Shown: positions 50,218 to 59,900 of the stretch, piece by piece
How positions within the stretch are numbered: the first letter of the stretch is position 1
Layout: each line of letters opens with the position of its first letter
Assembly: GCA_965218095.1 (NCBI GenBank)
Contig: OZ244587.1
Location: 4,928,001 to 4,992,000, forward strand
From: Candidatus Poribacteria bacterium
GTDB lineage: Bacteria; Poribacteria; WGA-4E; PCPOR2b
Direction of reading: 5' to 3'
Length of the DNA: 64,000 bases
Made by a program: the position numbers and the translations under genes
The notes under the pieces: model-generated
What the model was told of the DNA's origin: nothing
What the model saw: only the letters and a program-made list of their open reading frames with translations
The model's database searches: none

Positions 50218-51909
50218 ATGCACTCCATCACCCGCCGTCGCTTTCTGAAACTCAGCCTGCTGGGAACAACGCTGCCATTTCTGCCCCACTGCTCTCCGTC
50301 CCCATCCAAACCGCCGCCTGCCTTTGACATCCCCGGCGAAATCATCGGCGAGCCGAGCGGAATTGGACACCTTATGCGCCAGCCGCTTCCTGATGAACTG
50401 CTCCCTCCACCCACAGGCAGACTGCACCCCGTGATTATCATCGGAGGCGGGGTATCGGGTGTCAGCGCAGGTTGGAAACTGATGCGATCCGGCGTCGCCG
50501 ATTTTGTCATCCTGGATCTCGGCGATCAGTTGGGAGGCACATCAATCTCCGGTTGGGCAAATGGCGCCGCATTCCCCTGGGCGGCGCATTACATCAATAC
50601 ACCCCCAATTGAGGCGGATTGTATCCTTGAAGCGCTTGAAGACCTTGGGGTGGTCGTGGACTACACGGATCTGGGTTGGCCAATCATGAACCCCGAATAT
50701 GTCTTGCGTGAACCGGGGGAACGCCTGTTTATTGAGAACCGCTGGGTCGAAAATCTGGATCCCTTTTCCAGCGGGCTAGAGGCGGATCGACACGCCTTTC
50801 AGGAATTTCAAACGGATATGCTTCGCTGGATGCTGTACAAAGGCGCGGATGGGCGCCGCGCTTTCACACTCCCGCTGGCGTATAGTAGCGCCGACCCGGA
50901 GATCCGTGCGTTGGACCAGATGACGATGCGCGAATACATGCGGCGCAAGGGCTGGAATTCGGAGCGGCTGGATTGGTTTGTCAACTACGGCTGCCGCGAT
51001 GATTATGCCTGCCCGATAGATCAAGTTTCGGCGTGGGCGGGCATCCACTACTACGCCTGCCGCTACTATGCGGACGAATTACAGGGGCGCTTCCCCGTCT
51101 ACACAGTCACCTGGCCCGAGGGAAACGCCTTTTTGGTGAATGGGATGGCGCGTCGTTTCTCGCCGGACAACGTGCGCCTTAACGCGCTTGCCCTTTCGGT
51201 TCGCCAACGAGCGCACGAGATCCTGGTGACATTCATGGATACCCATAACCGCCAATTCACCACGCTGCGGGGCAGGGCAGTGATTTATGCCGGGCAGAAG
51301 CACATCGCAAAATATATCATACCCAACCTCCCCGGCGAGCAGCAAGCCGCCTTTCAGGCGTGCCACTACACCCCATGGCTGACAGCGAGCATTCACCTCA
51401 AGCGCCTTCCGAAGACGAAGCGCAGCGAGATTGCGTGGGACAATGTCATGTATGAGAGCGAAGGGCTGGGCTATGTCGTCGCTGACCATCAGACGCGGGA
51501 GGCGAATGGGAGTGAACGTGCGTCTGTCCTCACCTACTACCTGCCTTTCGATCATTCGCCTGACCGAAAGCGGAGGGAACTCCTCGAAAAAGGGCGCCGC
51601 TTCTGGGTCAACGAAATCATGAAGGACCTCTGGCAGATGCACCCCGGTGTTGAAAAGGAGATCACCCAAATCGACCTCTACAAATGGGGGCACGCGATGA
51701 TTCGTCCGACGCCGAATTTTATCTGGCATCCGGATCGCGCCCTGCGGGAACGCCCGTTTGGCGCGATCTTCTTCGCAAATGCAGATGTGACCGGACTTCC
51801 CCTATTTGAAGAGGCGTGCTATTCAGGGATTCGCGCCGCGCAAGGGGCAATGGATACGCTAAAGGTCCCCTACGAAAATTCGATTGGAGGAACGTTAAGC
51901 AGCAGGTGA
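50218..51909 (+). CDS. Tat-exported FAD-dependent oxidoreductase (amine-oxidase-like)
   Basis: ITRRRFLK Tat motif, IIIGGGVSG, PWAAHY, CRDDY, VSAWAGIHYY, TWPEGN, WGHAM and LFEEA. Confidence 0.88.
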   Translation: MHSITRRRFLKLSLLGTTLPFLPHCSPSPSKPPPAFDIPGEIIGEPSGIGHLMRQPLPDELLPPPTGRLHPVIIIGGGVSGVSAGWKLMRSGVADFVILDLGDQLGGTSISGWANGAAFPWAAHYINTPPIEADCILEALEDLGVVVDYTDLGWPIMNPEYVLREPGERLFIENRWVENLDPFSSGLEADRHAFQEFQTDMLRWMLYKGADGRRAFTLPLAYSSADPEIRALDQMTMREYMRRKGWNSERLDWFVNYGCRDDYACPIDQVSAWAGIHYYACRYYADELQGRFPVYTVTWPEGNAFLVNGMARRFSPDNVRLNALALSVRQRAHEILVTFMDTHNRQFTTLRGRAVIYAGQKHIAKYIIPNLPGEQQAAFQACHYTPWLTASIHLKRLPKTKRSEIAWDNVMYESEGLGYVVADHQTREANGSERASVLTYYLPFDHSPDRKRRELLEKGRRFWVNEIMKDLWQMHPGVEKEITQIDLYKWGHAMIRPTPNFIWHPDRALRERPFGAIFFANADVTGLPLFEEACYSGIRAAQGAMDTLKVPYENSIGGTLSSR

Positions 51910-52076
51910 GAAAGTGTGCAGGTGAGAAAGTGGGCAGGTGAAGAAAGTGTGCAGGTGAGAAAGTGGGCAGGTGAGAAAGTGGGCAGGTGAGAAAGTGGGC
52001 AGGTGGGAAAGTGAGCAGGTGAGAAAGTGTGCAGGTGAGAAAGTGTGCAGGTGAGAAAGTGTGCAGGTGAGAAAGT
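51902..52076. repeat. 16-bp VNTR (gcaggtgagaaagtgN) x11
   Basis: Counted directly; it overlaps the oxidoreductase stop codon and abuts a REP. Confidence 0.93.
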
Positions 52077-52146
52077 AGGGAACGCAGATCTGCGTTCCCT
52101 ACTGCTATATTTATGCACACCTCTTGATTATTTGCGTCAATTAGAT

Positions 52147-52175
52147 TTGACATGATTCCCTTTTTTTGCTATACT
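52147..52175 (+). promoter_or_regulatory. Sigma70 promoter of hicBA
   Basis: TTGACA-17 nt-TATACT, followed by hairpin gaggcgg..ccgcctc (52188-52207). Confidence 0.72.
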
Positions 52176-52231
52176 AAGCAGGCTTTTGAGGCGGGAGTTT
52201 CCGCCTCTTTACATATCAAGGAGATATACCA

Positions 52232-52438
52232 ATGCCCGCTACTTATACAGCTCTGATTGGACAAGAAGGAGATTGGTGGATAGGTTGGGTTCAGGAGGTT
52301 CCGGGGGTAAATTGTCAAGAACGTACCCGTGAGGAACTAATGGATTCACTTAAGACCATTTTGAAAGAGTATATGAGTGAGGATATTGCTCAAGTTTCTG
52401 CCCTAAGAGGCTATGAACAGGTTCCTATTCAGTTATGA
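52232..52438 (+). CDS. hicB: HicB family antitoxin (short form)
   Basis: YTALIGQEGDWWIGWVQEVPGVNCQERTREEL. Confidence 0.87.
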   Translation: MPATYTALIGQEGDWWIGWVQEVPGVNCQERTREELMDSLKTILKEYMSEDIAQVSALRGYEQVPIQL

Positions 52439-52623
52439 AACGTCGTTCGTTGATACGACATCTCGAACAGAATGACTGCTATCAGTTTAGAGAAGGGGGT
52501 AATCATTCCATATGGCGGAATGATGCTACCGGTCAGAGGTCATCTGTGCCAAGGCACAATGAGATTATGGATATTCTTGTCAAGAAAATCTGTAGGGATT
52601 TGGGTATTCCTTCGCCGAATTGA
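52435..52623 (+). CDS. hicA: HicA family toxin
   Basis: MKRRSLIRHLE...REGGNHSIW...VPRHNEI...KICRDLGIP. Confidence 0.9.
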   Translation: MKRRSLIRHLEQNDCYQFREGGNHSIWRNDATGQRSSVPRHNEIMDILVKKICRDLGIPSPN

Positions 52624-52783
52624 TTGCTATCCCGTGGTACTCACTGGGTTGCTTTCTGTATGGCAGTTCTCAGCGTTGGCTGATAACATATTGAGCATGA
52701 TATCTCGTAGGGAACGCAGATCTGCGTTCCCTACAAACGGAAATGCGTAAGTCCTAATGTATAATTAAGAAGGAGGAAAAAAC

Positions 52784-53182
52784 GTGAGTAGTACAGTAGT
52801 GGAGGTTATTACAGCCATATTATCGCCTGCTGTATTAGGCTTGTTTTGTTTAATAATTAACCATCGGATTAGTGATATTAGCAATAGCTTTAACAAACGG
52901 TTTGATGATATTAACAATAGTTTTAACAAACGATTTGATGAAATAGGTAATCGGATTAGTGATATTAACAATAGCTTTAACGGTCGGTTTGATGATATTA
53001 ACAATCGGTTTGATGATATTAACAATAGCTTTAACAATCGATTTGATGATATTAACAATCGGTTTGATGACTTGCGTGCGCAAATGAGCAGAGAATACGA
53101 TAATTTGACGAAAAAAGTAGATGCTATTGACCAGAAACTTACTCACCACATCAACGATTACAGTAAGCATACAAAAGCCTGA
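52784..53182 (+). CDS. N-terminal TM + coiled-coil repeat protein
   Basis: RFDDINN(SFNK) repeats encoded by 21/33-bp units; RBS aggagg. Confidence 0.72.
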   Translation: MSSTVVEVITAILSPAVLGLFCLIINHRISDISNSFNKRFDDINNSFNKRFDEIGNRISDINNSFNGRFDDINNRFDDINNSFNNRFDDINNRFDDLRAQMSREYDNLTKKVDAIDQKLTHHINDYSKHTKA

Positions 53183-53186
53183 GGAA

Positions 53187-53455
53187 AAAGACTGGAAGGT
53201 TGGAAGGTTGGATTTCCGAATCCTGCGTTCAAGCCCCCATCCCTCTGAAGATTCCCCCCTTGGGCAGGGGGTGTGAGTTCTCCCCCTTGAGAAGGGGGGC
53301 TAGGGGGGGTTAGGAAGAAAGACTGGAAGGTTGGAAGGGATGGAAGGTTGGGTTTCCGAATCCTGCGTTCAAGCCCCCATCCCTCTGAAGATTCTCCCCT
53401 TGGGCAGGGGGCGTGAGTTCTCCCCCTTGAGAAGGGGGGCTAGGGGGGTTAGGAA
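53187..53455. repeat. Two-copy ~135-bp direct repeat with ccccctt/aaggggg palindromes (related sequence at 49180-49236)
   Basis: Direct alignment of 53187-53316 with 53318-53455. Confidence 0.82.
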
Positions 53456-53702
53456 TAAAGAGTAGTGCAGCGTTGCGGAAGTCCTTTACCAGTTAGAAAC
53501 CGATACCATTTAGAAACCGAGTTTTTGCTAAAAACTCGGTTTCTCCTCACTATAAATGATTTTTTTGACCAAAAATTATGAAACCCCCACTCTCCCATTC
53601 GCGTAAACTCTCAGCGTACTATTCTGATCTACCTACTTCCCGACGCTGCGGAAAACATCGTGACTTTTTCTAGTAAAAAGTTATATTTCTTTAAATAAAG
53701 TC

Positions 53703-53731
53703 TTGACAGATTTTTCAATCTATTGTATTAT
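53703..53731 (+). promoter_or_regulatory. Near-consensus sigma70 promoter of the giant surface protein gene
   Basis: TTGACA-17 nt-TATTAT with an AT-rich upstream region. Confidence 0.75.
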
Positions 53732-53979
53732 AAGGCATCTTTAATTCTGGAAGGAGGAATTATGGGGGATATTCTGTGTGGGGTTGACCGACTTTCGTTG
53801 GGGGGACCGCCCCAAATGAACCCGGTTTCCATATCTTCATGTTTTACATTCTTACACGAAAGGATTTTATTTTTATGATAGAGCAGAAAGACGCATCGAA
53901 ACTAAGTGATGGGCTTCATGTTAAAAATAGATTTAACGCAAACTTGTTAACCCAAAAAAAGATAGGAGGAAAACAGACA

Positions 53980-56900
53980 ATGGGTAATCAAGGTACGAAA
54001 AATTGGAAATTAGGCGCGTTCTTTGCGGTCAGCTTGATGCTGATTGCGGGCTTGTTCAGTAACGCCGCAATTGCAGGGGATGGCGATGGAATGATAACGG
54101 TGCAATGGGACGACGAGGCGGAGGGTAGTCCTTCCGAAACCACTACTGCGGACCCGCTTCCTGCCGCTGGCCCTAGTACGCTAGAGTTTACCTATACCAG
54201 CACGGTAGATATGTCCGGTGGAATGCTTCAGATTCTGATTCCAAGTGGTTGGACGCCGGTTAAAATTGCGGCAGACATTGAAACTACCGACGATCTTGAC
54301 GAGACAACCTTATTCCAAAACGTAACCATCGTCGATGATGATGATGTTACTTTACTCGGTACAAACGCCACCGGGCGAATCAACGTGGCAGAGGGTGACC
54401 AGATAACCGAGAACGGTAAGGTGACGACACTCTCCGGCGAAAAGATAGAGGTCACGCTTGGAACTAACTGGAGTGACGGTGGAACCCTGACAATCACGCT
54501 AGGTAATGTCACTGTTGCTACCCCCTCGAGTCTGGCTTTCATCGAAGGTGCTAACACGCAGCCTTATGCGAGTTATCGATTCACGACCCGATCCAAAGCC
54601 AAAGATGGTATTCGTCTTACCAGATTGAAGCCAACCACCGATGAAAACGGTGACCCGGTAGATCCGCAACCGCGTGTCAGGGTTAGCAATATTATACCTG
54701 GAGCCGGCGACGTTACCATTGAGCCGACAGTGTCGTACGAAGGGGAAGAAGCCACCTTCTTAATCAATTTTGAGGCGACCGGTCCGATGTACGATTTTGT
54801 TGATGAGGACGCAGCAATCACCGATAGTGATATCCAGATTCAAATTGCCAGCGGGCGCACCGGTTTTGGCGTTGCAGAACCAACCGAGGACGTGGACAAT
54901 GTCAAGGTGGATTACAAAAGTCCTGGCGTCAGGTTTGAGAGTGGCATGGACCGTGTGGTAGTTGGCGCTGATAATGTGATAACAGTCAACATCAACCAGA
55001 TGAACGCAGGCGATCAAGTTCACATCTCCTATGGACCCGTTACAATTAGCAATATCGGCGCGGATGATGACAGCTTCCCCGCGGATGTGAGTGTTTTCCA
55101 GGTGAGCACAAGGACCTCCGGCGATAGCGGTTCTACCCCCCTTGTTGATGGCGATGTGGCAGGCGGGCGGACGCAGGCAGAAGAGGGGTCTGGAACAGTC
55201 ACCCTTTCGCCCGATGTTGTTGATGCCGGTAAAACCAATCGTACGTTCACCTTTACCTATGAGGCGGACACCGAGATCACAGGCGATTTAGTGATTACTG
55301 TGAATGGAATTGATCCAGATGACCCTAACACAGAAATCACAGACAGCATCCTAGCAGAAACAAATCTAACGCTTCAGTCTACGACGGAAGACGCTTACGC
55401 TTATGTTTCCAGTCCGGATACCGATATAACGCCTGAATTTCTTGGTGCCCCTAGCCCCACGCCCACAATCACGTGGAGAAATCTAACCGTTAAAAAGGAT
55501 ACGTTGTTCAAGACCGTCGTGGCAAACGTGAATGTCTCGAAAAATACCGGTATATACCCGTGGACCACAGAGGTAAGTATACCTGAGACACCTAGTACAG
55601 TTGGTGATGTAGTCGATGGTACAGATGTGACCATGCAGGTCAATCTCTACGTCATAGAGGCAGAGCCGGAGAGCGTTCAAATAGGTGCGGATCGCAGCAG
55701 TATCTTCGCAGCAGACGAGACAACCATAACCTTCACGTTTACAGCGGATGACACGCCGATAAGGAATGGTAGCGTCCGGTTCATTACTCCACCGAATTGG
55801 ACAGAACCTACCACTGATGAGGATACACCGGGTAGGATAACAGGTCCTGCAGCAGACGATATTAGCATATCTAAGGTGCGTACAGGGGTGTATGCAGGGG
55901 GGTATTCAGTCACCGTTGCAGTCAAAGATCTGGCAACAGATGATGTCCTTAGTATTAAATACGGTGATGGAAAAGCCGCTGTTGTGCAGTCTAACGCCGG
56001 AACGGTCTCAATCCCCGGGTACTTTAAGGCATCTTCAGACTCCCCGGAACGCAGCGCAGGGAGCATTGAGATAGATGTCACAAATGTCGACGACGGTGGC
56101 GGTACTGCGACGATAGCTGAGACCTCAACTGGGACCTCCGTCAGGGCGGGTAGTGCCAATAACGAGATGGTCGCGCGATTCGAGACGCAGGGAACGATGG
56201 ATGGCGGTAGTGTGAGTTTCCAGATCCCCGACGGTTGGGGTGACATGCAGCGAGATCCACTGGAGCGTAACTACATCAACGTAACCACGCGTGGTGGATC
56301 GTTGGTAGATGTTGATTATGGAAACAGAATCGTTATCGCGAATCTGAACACGCTTAGGCCCGAAGGTACTGTCACATTTAGCTACGGCGGTAGCCAAGGT
56401 ATCTCTGCGAACAAAGGCGCCGAGGCTGACACAGAAATCCGCATCTCCACATTCACCATTCAATCGGATGGGAATGGCGATGGTAGGTTCAAGCGTGTCG
56501 TAGGCAGCAGAGCACTGGCTGATGTGGAGGAAACCAACCCCGACGGTCTCGGAGAGGTCTTCACAGATAATCCTGGAGAGCTTAAGGTTAGGATCACCGG
56601 TGCAGCCGACGGTACAGGTACGGCGACGGTTGCAACCGAGGAGACCAAAGCGGGTACACAGACCTACAAAGATGAGCAGGGTGAGGATGTACAAGATATG
56701 CGCATCCACGCCGGTGACGACAGCACCTATCTCAAGTTCACCTACACACCAGGTCAGACCATCAAAGAGGGACAGTTGACGTTCACCGTCCCCAGCGGAT
56801 GGACCAATCCACAAGGTGAGGATCCAGGGGCTCCCGGTTATACCCGTGTCCGTGGTGGACAGCCCGCTCAGTTCGACGGAGAAGGTTCTCTGACCGTGGA

Positions 56901-59900
56901 CATCATCACGCTTGATAAGACGGAGCCCATTGAGATTCACTACGGTGAGTATCAATTTGGAGGGACAGAGGGCGGTGCTATAGCACCCGATGTCGCGACC
57001 CCTAGCAGTGAATTCGACATTTTGATCAAGGGTACTAAAAATGGTACTCCTGACTCGATCAGGGACCATCGCGATACCATGCTTGATGTAGAGGTCTGGT
57101 CACAGGCAAGTGGCGGCGGCATGGCTATGATCGAGGTGACGGATGATATAGGAGAACTCAGTGCCGGCGATATGGGGCGCGAGCTCACTATTACCTACAC
57201 CGCTTCCGGTGAACTTAAAAATGGCGCGCTCAAGTTGACCACACCCGAGGAATGGTCGGCTCCGGCGGGTGCCAACGTTGAGATCTCCTCAACAGGCAGC
57301 ACCGGCAGGGAGAGGCATGGTGGCGATTATGGAGAAGATGATACTCTGCCCGACGATCTTAAGGCTCGTGAGGTCATCGTTGAGGGTGTCAACTTAGATG
57401 CGGGGCAAACCGTCACCTTCGTCTATAAGGGTGTGATGGTGCAGCCGACAGCGGCGACCGGTGTCGCATTCGGGGTTGCGTCTATGGGCAGCGAAGGTCC
57501 CGGTATGGACTTCATCGATCTCGATGATCTGACAGTCGATGTCGGAGAGGCGGCAGCCGGCTCCGGTATGGCGATGGTAGATCCGATGTTTGTCACAGCA
57601 GGGTCTAGCGGGAATATCCTTACCTTCACCTACACTGTGGCGGGTGAGGCTACCTACCCGAGAGATATCCGTATCGCAGTTCCCGAAGGTTGGTCAAAGC
57701 CGGGCGATGTAGCAGATGAGGGCACCTACACAGTGACGCTCATGCGTGGCGGCAAAGCGGAAACGGGTGTTGTCGAAGGAAAGAGTCCGATTGAGGGCAG
57801 TATGGTCGCTCGCGTCCAAGCAGGCAGTAAGGGCGCGGAGGGCGGTGATATGGTTATGTTTGAATACCAGAACGCCGACGCACCCACATCACCGGGACCC
57901 TCCATGTTCGCAGTCTCTTTCGATGGCAGAGATATTGATGAGAGTCCTAGTGTGCTCGTTCAATTAGCCGTGCCCGTCGTGACGGCTTCAGCATCTCCAG
58001 AGATAGCCAAAAACGGCGCCTTGGTTACCATAACCGCCGAGAGCAGTGAATCTGGTTTGTCAGTTTCAGCGAATGTATCTATGCTGGATTCGACGCAGAC
58101 AGAGATGATTTCACTGATGGAGGCAGATGGAGATGGTACATATATCGGTTCGTTCACTATCAGCAATGAGAACGAAGCGGATGACGGTCCCCAAACGATT
58201 ACTGTGACGGCGACAAACGGCGCTGGCAACAGCGGAACGCCGGAAGATCCGGTGACTGTGACTCTTGATAATACGGATCCCGTCGTGACGGCTTCAGCAT
58301 CTCCAGAGATAGCCAAAAACGGCGCCTTGGTTACCATAACCGCCGAGAGCAGTGAGTCTGGTTTGTCAGTTTCAGCGGATGTATCTATGCTGGATTCGAC
58401 GCAGACAGAGATGATTTCACTGATGGAGGCAGATGGTACATATATCGGTTCGTTCACTATCAGCAATGAGAACGAAGCGGATGACGGTCCCCAAACGATT
58501 ACCGTGATGGCGACAGACGGCGTTGGCAACAGCGGAACGCCGGAAGATCCGGTGACTGTGACTCTTGATAATACGGATCCCGTCGTGACGGCTTCAGCAT
58601 CTCCAGAGATAGCCAAAAACGGCGCCTTGGTTACCATAACCGCCGAGAGCAGTGAGTCTGGTTTGTCAGTTTCAGCGGATGTATCTATGCTGGATTCGAC
58701 GCAGACAGAGATGATTTCACTGATGGAGGCAGATGGTACATATATCGGTTCGTTCACTATCAGCAATGAGAACGAAGCGGATGACGGTCCCCAAACGATT
58801 ACCGTGATGGCGACAGACGGCGTTGGCAACAGTGGAATGCCGGAAGATCCGGTGACTGTGACTCTTGATAATACGGATCCCGTCGTGACGGCTTCAGCAT
58901 CTCTAGAGAAAGCCGCAAACGGCGACGAGGTTACCATAACCGCCGAGAGCAGTGAGTCTGGTTTGTCAGTTTCAGCGGATGTATCTATGCTGGATTCGAC
59001 GCAGACAGAGATGATTTCACTGGATGAGGCAGATGGTACATATATCGGTTCGTTCACTATCAGCAATGAGAACGTAGCGGATGACGGTGACCAAACGATT
59101 ACCGTGACGGCGACAGACAGCGCTGGCAACAGCGGAACGCCGGAAGATCCGGTGACTGTGACTCTTGATAATACGGATCCCGTCGTGACGGCTTCAGCAT
59201 CTCCAGAGATAGCCAAAAACGGCGACGAGGTTACCATAACCGCCGAGAGCAGTGAATCTGGTTTGTCAGTTTCAGCGGATGTATCTATGCTGGATTCGAC
59301 GCAGACAGAGATGATTTCACTGGATGAGGCAGATGGTACATATATCGGTTCGTTCACTATCAGCAATGAGAACGAAGCGGATGACGGTCCCCAAACGATT
59401 ACCGTGGAGGCGATAAACGGCGTTGGCAACAAGGGAACGTCGGAAGCTATGGTGACTCTTGATAATACGGATCCCGTCGTGACGGTTTCAGCATCCCCAG
59501 AGATAGCCACAAACGGTGATACGATTGAGATCACGGCTACGGTTGAGGACGCAGGAGAAGTATCCCCCGTTATGGCGGATGTCTCTATGCTGGATTCAAC
59601 CCAAATGGATCTGATTGCACTGATAATGGCAGATGGTTCCTACATCGGTTCGTTCACTATCAGCGATGAGAACGAAGCGGAGTACGGAATGCAAGAAATC
59701 ACTGTAGCCGTGGAGGACGCTGCTGGCAACAGTGGAATGGGTTCTGCAATGGTTGACCTGCAAATGGTAGAAATTACCTCCGTTACGGTTACTCCACTCG
59801 CGAAGGTAGGTGAGATGGTAACCGTCATGGCAATGGGTACGCCCGGTAAAGAGGCAATGTTCTCAGTGGGTTCGATTGTCACCGATAAGCCGATGACAGA

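Noticed and set aside
51719-52153. ORFs with HLHTFSPAHFLTC repeats, and similar ORFs at 43092 and 49967
   Set aside because: They are translations of VNTR, REP or MITE DNA.
57960-59534. 524-aa minus-strand ORF
   Set aside because: It is an antisense shadow of the 300-bp repeats in the giant protein.
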